Source of the DNA: Bigelowiella natans CCMP2755
Taxonomy: Eukaryota > Protista > Cercozoa
Reading direction: 5' to 3'
Assembly: GCA_000320545.1 (NCBI GenBank)
Contig: ADNK01001017.1
Location: 1 to 64,000 of the forward strand
DNA: 64,000 nt
Positions 14,064 through 27,936 of the stretch are shown here, one piece after another. The stretch's first letter is position 1, and each line of letters begins with the position of its first letter. Position numbers and translations under genes: made by a program. The notes beneath the pieces were generated by a model. That model had not been told where the DNA came from. It did not search any database and saw nothing but the letters and a program-made list of their open reading frames with translations.

Positions 14064-16466
14064 TCAATCCACCTCTGGATACGGCCCTTCAGAATTCACA
14101 AGGGGGAGAGGAGAACCATTTTCATGGTTAAATAATGAAGAAAAATCCGCGTTCTGATAACACATCCAAATCGCCATTGATGATATATATTTTTTCACAT
14201 CCGAAATGATGTTGATGTACCACATGATCCCTCCAGTTCCACAACAAGCTGCAATCTTTGATTCTTATCTAAAACACGACAGAATACAATATCTCGCAAT
14301 TTCAACCAACAAAGTGCAACAGAACATACATACACACATACGTATATCCTCTACAAAAATGCGTCAAAAAGATAGATATTATCACCTCAACAATGGGTGG
14401 TGTTGGGGGACTAACTGCTATTTTAATGTTCATGCTATTTCTTCTGCATCATCAATAGCATACTTTCCGTTTTGGCCTTCCTTGAGACGTTCCAAATGAT
14501 GATAATTTATCCAAGATCTAGTGGGTATGTGTGTGTGTGTGTGTCGTTTTTGAACGAATCTCCCTTGATTGATTGATTGATAAATGGCAACACAACAAGA
14601 GACTGCAGCAGCAGCAGTAGGCTGATAATCTCAGTAACACCGACTGATCAAACGACCTCTTCCACCACCCAACATCACATATATTATTATTATTATTATT
14701 ATCATCATATCTTCGCTCTTTGTCACATAGATTGGTGCCTACTCACTCGTCATCATCATCATCATCATCATCATCCTATTGCCCGCCACCCCTTTCTTCT
14801 TCTTCTTCTTCTTCTTCTTCTTCTTCAATATAACCTCTTCATTCAACACTCGACCAAATACAACACTTTTCCCATTTAAGGATGGCATTGATCTCTTGTA
14901 GTAGTATTGTGATAGCACCAAGCACCAACACCACCGCCACCACAACAATAACAACAACAACAACAATAAAAGAAAAGGACACAATCGAGTGGAAATCAAG
15001 AGAGAAAGATAAAGAAGAAGAGGAAGAAGATGGGAAAATATAGTAAAAGTCAGGGAAAGAACAAGATTTCTTCTCAAATAATATTCGTATAAATGATCAT
15101 ATGATGAATAAGAAACTGAGAAAGGGAAGTAACTACGGCTACTACTACTAGTAGTAGTACTAGTACTATACTCTAAGTGTAATGTAGAACTGAGATCCGT
15201 TTGTGTCTGGAATCCCTCTATTTGCCATTGCAATAACCCCTCTAATAACATACATAAAGACGACGATGCAGAAGAATATGAGCAGCACCACCCAAAACAC
15301 GGCCATTTGTTCTTTGGTTAGTCGTTCATTGTCTTTTTCATTTATTTGTTTCTTCTTTCTTTCTAATATATGGCAATTATTAACACACTATTTACATGCT
15401 CATTACGTACTACTTCTGTAGAACATGCAATATTATCATATGTACCGTTTATCATGATTTAGCTTGAAATTCTCATCTTTAAAGTGCTTCCCATAAATAC
15501 TCTCTCCACCCTTTCCGTCTGTAATTATTGTTAAATAACAGTAATAAGAAATTAATTTCAATATTTTTTAATGTGTTAACTTTCATCATGATTGGCCCTC
15601 CTATTGCTCTTTGTCCTCCTTTTCTTGTCGTTATTATGAGGTAGTAATGATAGTACCTAGTAAATCTATATCCCCTGCTTGTAATAGTTGTCCAGGGACG
15701 ATTCGGTGGAAGTAGCTTCCTTCGTAGGTCATTTCCTACCAACACAAACATATATAATACGAGGAGGAGGAGGATCAAGGAGTTGTAACTTGATGATGAT
15801 GATGATGAGTATAGGGATAATATGTGTTATTACTACCGTGTCGAAGACACGATGCTTCGTAGCTCCAAGACTTAATTGCAAGAAGTTCTCCACTGTTCGG
15901 GGAACGATTATGCCGTATAGCGCGATCTGAATGATCGTAACAACAACAACAACAACAACAACAGAGATAGTAACAATATCAATAATGTTATCAATTCATG
16001 TACGCACATTTAAGTCCTCTGTGCACGTACAAACTTCGTTTTCGGATGCATCACAAGAAGAAGAAGCAGATGCAGCAGCAGCAGAAGAAAAAGAAAAAGA
16101 AGAAGAAGAAGAAGATCAAACCACATTATGTTACATACGTTGATCGTGCCGATATACTTTTCTCCCTTCCTTCCATACTCTTCCTCCTCTTCAGCTACAA
16201 GTTGCATGCCAACAATATGGGTTATTCCTGCTGTGTCGTGGTTCTCTGAAGATGATGTATAATCATCATTTATCATCTTGTTATTGATTCATAAAGATAT
16301 AGTTATCATCCTCATCATCATCATCATCATCATCTAATCCCTCCTATATCAGATATACCTTCCTTGCCGTTGTTGCCATTATCATCATCGTCGTCTTCTA
16401 TAGGGTACTTACCGTCTAGTTAGAAAGAGCACGATGAACGTAAGAACCAACAACATCAACAAGACA

Positions 16467-16509
<43 letters not shown>

Positions 16510-17852
16510 GAAATGAGAGTATGCAACTATAAATTGTCTGGATATCATTCTTCTCATTATTTTGTACCATTACTCTTCCTTAATGTTATGACCGTGATAG
16601 TTGTTTCTACTTCTAGTATTTACTATGGAGTGTTGAATATAATCTGCATATTCATCATCATCTTCTTCTTCTATTTCTCCGTCTCTTGGCCATCATATGA
16701 AATTGTTGTTGATGCTATTATTATTAGTGCAAGAGGAAATCAGCATTACCCAAAATATCCCTAAAGTCAAAGTGGTACCGAAGTGATGATGACGATGATG
16801 ATGATGATACACCTATTGGTAAAAGTAGTATCCTTATATATACGTATACAGATTAATACGAGTGCTGCATGCATGATAACTTATCATCATCTTTGGGAGG
16901 ATCATTACGCTACTACTACTTTGATTTTGAAGGGGAGGAACTTTAACTCCTGAGATAGAAAGAAACAGCGACAAACGATGATACGTTGTTAATCAACTAC
17001 GAAGACTTTAAGGAGGCAGTACCAGATAGGAAATATCAGTTAACTATTAGTAACAGAGTAATAACAGTAATAGCAGCAGAAGTAGGAATGCTTTATTGTT
17101 CCTAGAAATACTTGTTATGTATTTGTTAATTGACGGTTCCCTCTTACGTTTCCATCCTTGCAAGAATTCTGAGTGATTGAAGTAATGCTGTACATCTGGA
17201 TGGTCATCAGGTTTATCGACATCTGAACCTGATGTGCAACGATGCTTATCATCATCATCGTCATCATCATCATCATCATATTATGAATTGCTAGTCCATA
17301 ATGGAAAAACACCGAGTGTCATCCTAGCGTCTCTCCAGGTGCCTGTTGTTCCAATCTTTTTAATGTTTTTATCATTTCTTTTATCTTGTGATTGATCAGC
17401 TGAAGTAGCTGCCCCATTGTCCTTAGCATGAGCCTTGACGTGCTTCACCAATTGCCCTAAATGGTGGGTGGGAGGCTCATTTTCAGACAACTTGTGTCAA
17501 CAATAACAATAACAATGATTATGATAACAATGACAACAACAACAACAACAACAATAATTATAATTATAATAACAGTAAGAAAGGACAATAAATCAAAGTC
17601 GTCATCATTTGAATCGATATAATCGCATATTATCACCTTCTTGCCCTTGTTGTTCTCCTCCTTTAACTTGTTGTTCTTCATATGGCTGCTGCTGGTGGTG
17701 GTGGTGAGGATAATGATGATTGCTAAGTGATGATGATGAAGATAAAGGAGATGCCGTCGGCTGTAGAAGGTTGTTGTTGGAAGCATGATCATGATGATGA
17801 TCATTATCTAGGTATTGCATTAACTCATCTAGCTCATGCTTCCCAACCACAA

Positions 17853-17890
<38 letters not shown>

Positions 17891-17942
17891 CAGAGACCAG
17901 TATCCCTGTTGAGACTCTTCTTCTTCCTCCCGCTACTACGAT

Positions 17943-17978
<36 letters not shown>

Positions 17979-18867
17979 CGAATGTTGAAGCTTTTTTTGG
18001 TGCTAGCTTTGCTATGGTTTTCTTTGTTTTCCTTCGTTCTAACACAGCATTCTTGATAATATCACTATCTTCTTCTTTGTCCTCATCCTCATCCTCCTCA
18101 TAAGGCGATGAATCATCAAAGGAATCAGCAGCAGCGTCCTCCTCCTCCTCCTCCTCAGATTTCTCACAATCATCACATTTGGAATTGGAAAAGGCAACAT
18201 CAAATGCTGAAGAAGGTACAGCTTGGGCTAAAGACGATTGTGGATATGTGGTTACATCTTTCGAAGTTGCAAGCTGGTGATCTTCTCTAATATCGGCATG
18301 TTTTCTTCTTCTTCCCCTTTTTATCCTCGATTGCTTCCTCCTATTATTCTCCTCATCTGATGATGATGATGATGGTGGACTCCTTGATATACCCATCAAT
18401 AATTTTAAGTCTTTATTGAGAGCTTGAAGCTCTTTTTCACGGCGCTCAGAATTACCACACTCTTTATTATCGTTATCCTCCTCCTCCTCCTGCTGCTGCT
18501 TATCTGAGTTTCTTTTGCCTGTTGGTAGTGATGGAGGAATAGTACTACTACTACCATAGTTGATCGGTCTTTGCTCAAAGGATTTCTTTTTGAGATATTG
18601 TTCAAGGGTCAGACCCTGACCTTCCAATAACGTTTGTTTCCATTTCTTACGACTTCGTGGTGCACTGCCCCCTGTGCCACCCATTCCACCTCGTATTTTC
18701 TGCCATGGCAAGGGCAAGCTGTGATGATAACATCTGATGCGAGTTCGTTGCAAATGCGTTATAGTAGTAATTCTCAGACATGGAGAATAAGTTCTGGAAG
18801 AAGCAAACAGAGTGGATGTTATTGTTGCAAGTAGTAATTGTTTCGCCATCATTTCCCATCCTTGCAT
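14064..18867 (-). CDS. Cyclophilin-type peptidyl-prolyl isomerase domain protein with signal-like leader and long acidic/low-complexity N-terminal region
   Basis: Exons: IALYGIIVPRTVENFLQL (~15840-15926), YEGSYFHRIVPGQLLQAGDI (~15660-15735), GKGGESIYGKHFKDENF (~15450-15518), GVIAMANRGIPDTNGSQFYIT (~15175-15242), PSLNGKSVVFGRV (~14850-14895), GTSQGRPKRK|IRIKDC. A large first exon corresponds to ORF 17605-18879. Start codon and middle exons are approximate. Confidence 0.8.
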
Positions 18868-19492
18868 CGGGGCCAACAAATGATTGTGGTAGTTAGGTGA
18901 ATTGTGGGAAGTAGCTAGCAGAGTAATGGTACAATAATTTCTAGTTCGAAGTCTTCGAACTCGTGATTTTCTTCTTCATCATCATCATCCGGATGCTGCG
19001 AGCTGCTTCGCTTGTTTATTTTTCCAGCAGAATAATTAGGAACAATTGCAGTACTGGACCCTAGCTCTCATCTATCCCTTTATGTTGCTTTTCGTCCATT
19101 CGTCGCTTTCTTGATTATCCTCATCATTATCATCATCACCACATCACTTGTGTCCTATCCCCCCCCTGGTGATGACTTAGGGTTACCGTCGCCGTCATCG
19201 CTGCGATTTCGGCGATTGCTCCAAGGAGAGTGAGCGAGTGATCTCGAGGTATTGTCGTACTTGTTATTTTATGTCGCGCGATAGAAACGCACTCTGAAAC
19301 ACGAGCATATGCTAGGTTTATCCCTTGTCGTAGGTCCAAAAAACCCATGTGCATGCAGGAAAATATTGATCTCACAAACCATCACACAACGCGGGAAGCA
19401 CTTTCCGTCCAGTTGTACGAAATCGAAAACCTGAGAGGAGGAGGAGGAAGAGGAGGAGGAGGAGGAGGAGGAAGGGGGTGGAGTTAGAAGCT

Positions 19493-21040
19493 ATGCAACG
19501 TCCCAGCAAGAGAGAGAAGGCAATCGTCAAAAATAAGCGGTTTAGTGGTAACATGAACCTTGCTTCGTCACTGCTTTCTCGAGAAGTCCAAGGGGGGGGG
19601 CATCATGATCGGCCAAGAAAACGTCCTCGATTCTCTAAAGTACCTGACAGGCTACGAGTATCTCTTCCTTCTATTTTGGACCAGGATCAGAGCATTAAAA
19701 ACTCTGTAATCCTATGCTTCAGCGTTTGTGGAAATTTCCTAAGTAAGACGGATATGATGTTTGTATATGTGTTGATGTTTGGGACTACTCATGCAGCAGT
19801 TGTTTAAATCCGGTGATGATTTGCAACTCAGCTTATGTTCTCATGCATTAAATAGTCGCGTATCGACGACATGAGGGGTCATCAAGAGTCAGGTGAATGT
19901 CCCAGATAAGTGTAATGTTTGAAGTCAGAATAAAGATGGAAGTATTTACAGATATGTTCTTGAGTGGTGGCTCTTCAGTTTTCACAAACCTCTCATCAGA
20001 GTATGTTGTTACAATTCATTGGCACATAAGATAAAAATACAACCAGAAAATAACAATATTAATAATGAGAATAATGAGAATATTAATACGCAATAGTACG
20101 TTAGAACGACATGACCAGAGTGTAAGACGAAAAGAATCCAATAGATGTATGTTCTACGCCATATTGATATCGAAACTAGGTGCATGAAGTAGCTTTATTC
20201 ACAGGCCTTGAGGACTCATCATCAGACGGTACTACGCATTATTGACATGTATTGTACCTAGTGAAGCAAACTTATAGGCGAGAAAAGTGTTTGTTGCAAA
20301 TGTTAGCCGTCGTTAGTCTTCTTTTCCTCTGATAAATAAGTTGTTGCCAGTTCGAAGTGCTTTAAGTCCAGAGGGTAGTCACTTATGCATTGAGATAGCC
20401 CAGTCAGCTGATTCAGCTTCCATGGCAGTCCTCGGTTCTCACTTGTCTTTTTCAATGATCTTTATGACTCACATGCTACTACTACTACCACAACTTATAT
20501 GATCCTCCTCAATCAATGCAATGCAGGTTACTCAAGTGAAGAGAGCTCAGATGAGAGTAGGGTCAATTTACTTACATTGCTCCCAGTCCAATGCATCGTC
20601 TTGAAATCGAGGACTAGCTGCAACGGAGAGGAGAATAAGACAGAATATGTAGCATTAAACATATCTTTTGTTTCGTACAAGCCGCATGATATTCTCGGGA
20701 AGTATGCTATCCTTCAAGGAGGTCGTGTAGTCGCAGCTCATTCCATATCGTTTCATAGAGCTAAGATGATAAATTTAATAGGAGAGAATGGTGGCTACTA
20801 TATACTGCTCAATACACTTACTGGGATCCATTCTCTACACTATTCGGTTTTGGAAGGCAAGAGTAAATGCAGATGTAGTGATCGTGGACATGTGTTCAAT
20901 AACAATGATCACAATCTTGAGGAGACATTGGATGAGGATCCTACCACATCTGCGCGCTCAGCAAATAGAGTCCAGTTCTCAACAAGTAAAAAAACGACGA
21001 TTCACTACAATGAGATTATTTGTCTATTATGTATATATTA

Positions 21041-21085
<45 letters not shown>

Positions 21086-21124
21086 CCAAGAATTGGTTGA
21101 GTAAATATGTTAAGTAATGTTAAG

Positions 21125-21171
<47 letters not shown>

Positions 21172-22274
21172 TTATATTGTCTAGGTTCAACAAGAAGTTG
21201 CTTCACACATGGATTTTCGTGGCCCATGAAAGCGTTCTACTCCCTGCATTCTGCTGTAAAAATACTTAGCTTTTATAACCAACCTTCAGACGAGGGATAA
21301 TTGTTTTCTTCTTCTCTGCAGGACGCCACAAAGAATCCTATCACATTTAGATTCCATGGCCAAAACTATGCTACTACTCCTTCCGTTCGAAATTTTGATG
21401 CTGGGATCTGCTTGTTATCCAGCTCAAGCGTTGATTTAGAAAGACATTTGCTTCATCAAGTAGAATTGAATCAATATTCAAATGAAGTTGCATTTCAAAG
21501 TAATAACTCCCCCCCGCCCTTACTATCCCAACCCCTGAACAGATTCGTCAGAAATCTCAAAACCTGCCTGCTCCACAGTCTATATCAATTCACAATTATT
21601 CACTCAAGCTCGTAAGCGCTGGAACTACTGTTATTAGACAATCAGCGAGTATCCAGCAGCAGCAGCAGCAGCAGCAGTACAAGCCATCACCCCCAATGCA
21701 GCGGCGAGAAACTAGTGGTAACGACGGTGACTGGCCTGTGGAACACAAGGTCCCTCTGGCACAGCATCGGAATAATCTCCGTATTTCCTGGTAGTAAAGC
21801 GACCTCGGATTTCCACACGTGAAAAAATTGTGACACTTACTTTTTAAAAATATTTTCTTAGTGCTTTGGTTTTGGAGCTGTCTTGGAAAAAATCCCCAAA
21901 CGAAGCACCGAAGATATCGTGTCATCCTTTCCATTTAGGAATAGATTGGGTCTCACAAACTATAAAAGATCTTAAGATGCGAAAACCAGTATTTTCTGCT
22001 TTGGTCAAGAAACGGCCAGTCAGTATGAAATATTTCTTGTTTCGCGTACATGTGCAGTTATACTTAAATTTGTACGTAGGATGTGAAACGCATCTCCGTT
22101 TGTTCTCTTGTTGCCATACGGGAAAAAGTGCAAGGCTGGTATTTCCATGGAAGATCTTCAATCGATGGCACACCATTTCATTCTCTTCTTGCAACGAATG
22201 CAGCTGTATTTCGAGGAGCTTCTATGCAATACATCCGTCACCCACACCTTCCTATTGTTTTGTTGTTCAATTGA
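19493..22274 (+). CDS. DCAF15: DCAF15-like DDB1/CUL4-associated substrate receptor
   Basis: N-terminal RFSKVPDRLRVSLPSILD...ILCFSVCGNFL, exon YVLEWWLFSFHKPL (~19952-20000), HLCIEIAQSADSASMAVLG (~20340-20435), YILLNT, and C-terminal TNAAVFRGASMQYIRHPHLPIVLLFN*. These match the order of conserved DCAF15 blocks as I recall them; no HMM was run. Confidence 0.62.
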
Positions 22275-23149
22275 GTAATCGATTGATCAATAAAACAATG
22301 GACACTCAGACTTGTGGCACCATGTGTCCATGTATGGGATCATCAACATTATTCGATCCGGAATATTGCATCAAATACCACCGTGTACGCATCGGGTCGG
22401 CCATGCATTCTCGCCCAGGCGCAGCAATGGAGTTGTTGCATAAACGAACGAACGTAAAACGTTCCATGCACCATGCGATGTCTAGCTACACATGACGTCT
22501 GCTAGAGGCGGTATGGCTAGATGACATCATGCAGTAGGCGCCACCTTAGAATACATCTACTAGAACTAGAGAACATCGCAGATATCTGATATATATCTGA
22601 CTCTATATACTACGTGCATAACTAGCTAGCTATATAGCTAGATAATATTTGTCGCTGGCTGGCATGAAGGACTATAGAGGAGCGTAGCACAGCAGCAGGA
22701 AGTTATTGCATCTAAAGCTAGGCATCGCTAGATCGCCGCACACGTATACGTACTAATCTCTAGATCTAGTAATTGCAATACCTTCGATTTAGCGCCCTGT
22801 CTACACTAGTATTACTAGTACGTATAAGGTAGTTGTGCTCTACATAGGAGATCACATAGAGCTAGGCTGCGCAACTGCTACACGTACAGTACGTAGCTTT
22901 CACGTGGTGCTGGTAACATGATTTAAATGGACTACGATGCCATGCGGACGCCCTTGCTCTAGCCCGCCTACACTAGTATATGCTACACAGCAGATCTAGA
23001 TGTAGTCTAGAACCTACTCAAGCGTACGAAACACGCGTTGCATGAAGCATCCGCATGTTTAGCTAGGTGTAACAATCTAGACAATGGGATACCACATACG
23101 TGCAGACGTAGTACATGGGCACACACTTGCATAATATAACCAATGCATC

Positions 23150-23189
<40 letters not shown>

Positions 23190-23380
23190 GATGACCATTG
23201 AGAAATTATAAGCATGGACCATCTCGCGACGATACAACGTCGATCGAGACCTTAATGAGAGCAAAAATCCAAAATAGCTACATACGTATGGATGGATGTA
23301 AATCATGGCTCGGAAACTAGGGTTACGGCTGGCAATAGACCGTGCTCGCAGATACTTCTTAAGGATAAACAAAGTAGTGT
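22275..23380. other. Convergent spacer, CTAG/palindrome-rich
   Basis: About 20 CTAG in 22480-23080 by manual count, plus TACGTA, AGATCT and ACTAGT; lies between the DCAF15-like (+) and COA3-like (-) stops. Confidence 0.75.
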
Positions 23381-23749
23381 CTACTTTCGTTTCTGAGCTT
23401 CGATCTCTTTTTGAATAGCTTGTTCTTCATCCAACTCTTTCTGGACTGCTTCGATCTGCAATTTGCCATAAGATTATCAAGAAGCGGAAATTTAATGACA
23501 ATACTGAAAATATGTGACCTCCTTCATCGCCTCATCGTTTTTCGAGACAGCACTTATGGAACGATAGTAGACAGCTGATACAAACATTATTAGGCCTGCT
23601 CCTATTGCATAATTTCCATTGGTTCTAGTTGGCCTAGAGTTTGCAACAGAGAAGGATCTGCAGTTTAGCTTCATTGGTTGCCTTCTTCTGCTGGATACTA
23701 ACTCGCTATGAAGCATGTGTTGAATCCGGGCACATCGTCTGCGGAGCAT
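23381..23749 (-). CDS. Small mitochondrial membrane protein, COA3/CCDC56-like cytochrome c oxidase assembly factor; 2 exons
   Basis: Arg-rich presequence-like N-terminus, then RTNGNYAIGAGLIMFVSAVYYRSISAVSKND (single TM, COA3-like pattern), an intron, and a coiled-coil exon IEAVQKELDEEQAIQKEIEAQKRK* (stop 23381-23383). Confidence 0.6.
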
Positions 23750-24777
23750 TTTGAGGTGTGTGGTTGTTGTAATGGAAGTCAAGATCTAGTGGCAGGAGTA
23801 CGTAGGCTCCTACTACGAAATGACTCCTTCCCTTTTCCTGACGATGATGATGATTCGTATAAACAACAACAACAACAAACAACAATTTGTATGGTCAATA
23901 ATTATGATAATGATAATACTAAATCAGTTGTGCTGCTTGCTTCCTTGCTCAACAAACGAACGAACAAACAAACAAACAACAACGATTTCCTTGCCACTTG
24001 ATCTCAGAAATAGTTTGTACTTGTTCTTTTACTTTCTTCTTCCAAAACTAATCAACAACAACAACAACAACAACAACAACAAACAACAAACAACAAACAC
24101 AACAAACAACAACAATAACACTAGGAATTCCAAGATGCTAGAATTTCCCACCAGAAACTAAGCAAAAATCTCAATGATAATGTAAGTCTTACAAGATCAA
24201 AACGGTAGTCACGTGATTCAGAAGTGCATCGAGAAGGTACCGCTAATATAGCGGGAAAAAGCACACACATTTGTCCAACGGAACGATATTAGATCTACGA
24301 CCGGCAATATAGTGTTTATCTAATAAAAGTGTAACGTGATATCGGATAGGCAAATATTCGAAAAATAGCATAGAATTAATTGCCTTTGAAGATATTCCAG
24401 GTAGTGACGGTCAGTAACGGAGGGGCGGAACCACAATTCCAACCGTGTACCCGTCGGAAAGGCTTCTTTTCTAAAGCAGAAAAAATCCAACCGTGTATCT
24501 TTTCCAAAACGAAGAAAGCTTCATAAAAAAGGAAAACAGAAGGAAGGCTCCCTCCCCTAGGTTATATCGACGCTCAAGATCTGCACAGAATCTGAAGTAC
24601 CACTCTCGAAACTTAGTTTTGTTAAATCATTGGGCGGCATTATCCTGTCTCATCAGATTCATTCCGTTCTAGGTGTCGTCTCGTCAGTCGACAGGTGATT
24701 CGTGTTGTCGATAATTCACCAATGCATCCATACACTAACACTAATCATGTTCAGGGTAGAGCTCACACGAAGGGAAA
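23750..24777. promoter_or_regulatory. Putative bidirectional promoter/5'UTRs (COA3-like <- -> GH81)
   Basis: About 1 kb divergent gap; TCCAACCGTGTA occurs twice (~24438, ~24486) and AACGGA several times. Confidence 0.4.
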
Positions 24778-27700
24778 ATGGAAACAAGTGATGGCCGGCT
24801 GTACGGTTCATTCCGTGGTATGCCTTTCACGGAGAAGAACAAACGACGAATTCCTATCAAAAGAATAACGGTATTCTTTTCCATCTAACAATCTGCTGAG
24901 CGCACTTACAGCATTTTGGTAATTCATCTGCATTCAATCTAATTTATTTCTTTTATGATTGTGGTTGGTCAGCTTACTGTGATGGCTCTATTGGGACTCA
25001 TTCTTGGCACGTGCATTCATGTGTGGTTTAGCGGAAAGGCATCAATGTATCCAGCGTCCTCCACAGTTGCTGTTAACGATAATGCCGTTTTGCTCTCCAG
25101 ACTACAAACGGAGGAAAAATCAACCGGAAATATTGCCACTAACCACGCTGATGTAGCTCCTATTGTTGCTGCTGTTTCTTCTTCTAAAGCAGTCCCTAGC
25201 TGTGCTGGGCTTTCCTTCAGCGACCCGATGCACCATGGTAAGCAAGTTTGCACCGTCCAGCAATGCACTGGAGTTGTTTACTTCCGATATGTAGACACGT
25301 CTACTTTCGCGTGCACCAATGACCCTTCTCTTGTCGCACATCCTTGTGACGTCTCTAAGTGCCCCGGGGTAGGTTCGCCGCCACCCCCTCCTCCCCCACC
25401 TCCACCAAGTGGATCTTCCCAAAGCGGAGATTCTTCGTCTCAGCCACAATTCCCTAAGGTTCCAGATTCATTGAGGAAACCTACACAGCATACCTCAGTA
25501 CCACTTCCAAAAGCAGTAGCATCGAACACAACATATACTCCCCCACCTCCACTCTCTAATCTCAGCCCTTTTGAAGACATTGGATATGCCGCAGCAAATA
25601 GAGATAAATCTAGCTTTTCGCATGCAAAGAAACTTTGGGGTTTTGATGGAGAACCAAAGTCTGCATGGCCAACGCATGTGTTTTGGCAAAATTTAGTCCT
25701 TGGAGAAGGCACCGATGTCCAGAGTGCAATTACGGTCTTGCCATATGTTGTTCAAGTCGTAGAAAGTGGAATTGTGTTGGCATACCCATACACTATGTCA
25801 TCAGCTTCTCAAACTGCCAATATGTTTGATTTGGATGCTCAAGGAATCACCTTGAGTTCAAGCTCGCTCGATAAGCGCTCTATATCAAGATTTGATCCAT
25901 TATCTGTCAGTATTGAATGGAAAGGTGGAGAAGGAGGATCATCTTCCTCTTCCTCCGCTACCACAACTTTAGTGCAAGGAGATCCATATGTTACATTAAA
26001 CTTGGATATAGAAGGAGAAGAAGAAGAAGGTTTTTCCATATCATCCGAACAAACTTTAATATTGGCGTCTCGTGGTGATGGAAGCTTGGGTTCGAAACCT
26101 GTAGTGTGCGATCCAAATAAAGACAAAAGTAAGCGACAGCGTACTGTCACAGGATCGGTATTCGATATATATGCTAGCGGCACAGACGAAACTTGGCGGC
26201 TGTACACATTCCCAAGCGAGGTAGAGCTTGAGTGTCCGTATCCCAAAGACGTTAACCATACAGCGACTCAAATTAAATTGACCAATTCCGAATTCAAAGG
26301 AGTTATTCGAATGGCAGTAGTTTCCAACTGCACAACAGGAGTTGCCAAGCATTGCCATGGTCCGTCTGGACTTCCATTACCTGAAGACCAAGTATCAACA
26401 CCATCCTTTGCAGCCGCACTCGACGCTTACAGCTCAGTGGTATTAAAGGGTGGTAATGTCGATTATGACATAGATAACGAAACAAATACACTGTCTTTAA
26501 GACTTATTTATGAGTCGTACAGCCTCAATAAAGAAAGTAGTAGTGAATCTGTCGTTCCACTGCTATTGGCCCTTCCTCATCATATAGCTGCAATGAGCAG
26601 CCAATACAGTACGGAAGGAAATAATAATAATATTGCAGGAGGCCATCGATCGATGTTAGGTATGCAAGTACCAATTGCAGCTACATCAATCGACTTGTCA
26701 CTTCCCCTCCCCTCTGTCCTCTGGGGTGATGAGAGGGAGCTTAACAGTGATAGCAGCAAGTTGGTAAGGAAAGCGCTTCTGGATGAAGCAGACTACGATT
26801 TGACCAAACAATGGCGTCTAGGTGTGGGTGATCCCTACAATGCTGGAAAACTAAATGCAAGGATCGCTAGACTTGCTATGATTGCTTCTCAGCTTGACGA
26901 GAGCGAGATAGCTGATTCGTTCTTGGATAAATTGGAGAAGTACCAGGCGTTGTGGCTCTCAGGAGAATCTCCAAATCCCCTAATTTACGATCAAGATATG
27001 GGCGGTATAGTCTCGTGCGGATGTTTGTTCGATTCGTGTCAAGGCAAATGTACGCCTCACTGTAATAATGCAGGACCAAGAGGAAAAGGAGGGGGAGGAT
27101 GTCCAAACCTTGGACCAGGTGCTTTCGCAGCAGGACTCGACTTTGGAAATGGTTACTATAACGATCATCATTTTCACTATGGTTACCATCTCTACGCAGC
27201 AGCTGTTCTAGCTCGTTTTAGGCCATCATGGGCCAAGAAACATCGAGAACAAATCATGCTTCTAGTTCGAGATGTGGCAAATCCAAGTAATCAAGACAAA
27301 TACTTTCCTCAGTTCCGTCACATGGATTTCTATGCTGGTCATTCATGGGCAGGAGGCATATTCAGGTCCTTTGCCAATGGACGGAATCAAGAATCTACAT
27401 CTGAAGCTGTAAACTGCTGGTATGCAATTACTTTGCTTGGAGATGCGTTGGAAGATGAACAACTAAAAACAGTTGGTATGACTCTTCTTGCATCGGAAGT
27501 GCACGGAGCGCAGACTTATTGGCAACTGGTTCGAAATCAAACAGGCTATGACCCCATTTTCGAAACGAATGGTGTGACAGGCATTCTCTGGTCAAATCTA
27601 GCTCAGTTTCAGACGTGGTTTGGACTATATGAATGGGCAGTAAATGGAATCCAAATGCTCCTTTTTACTCCTATCTCAGAATATCTCTTGCGCCCAGACT

Positions 27701-27936
27701 GGATCAGGCAGCAAATAGATTCGTTCGGTAAAGCGTGTGAGAAAAGCCCTATTTGTACTGGAGACGGATGGTCACCACTAGTGTGCATGGCTTTGTCCAT
27801 CGCAGATCAAGAGAAAGGCCTCACATGTGCTCAACATTTGCCAAAGAAAGAATTTTCGGACCAGACTGCCGAAGGAAATGGAAATAGTTGGACAAATACA
27901 CTCCATTTTATAGAGTCACGACCAGCCACATTGTGA
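24778..27936 (+). CDS. Glycoside hydrolase family 81 endo-1,3-beta-glucanase with N-terminal membrane anchor/signal, Cys-rich module and Pro-rich linker
   Basis: Exon 1 is 24778-24870 (METSDGRLYG...KRIT), followed by a phase-0 GT-AG intron and a single exon 24973-27936. GH81 motifs: DFGNGYYNDHHFHYGY, LVRDVANP, FRHMDFYAGHSWAGG, GRNQESTSEAVN, GILW, GIQML. Confidence 0.93.

Noticed and set aside
25017-27800. Antisense ORFs within the GH81 exon
   Set aside because: Shadows of the strongly supported plus-strand CDS.
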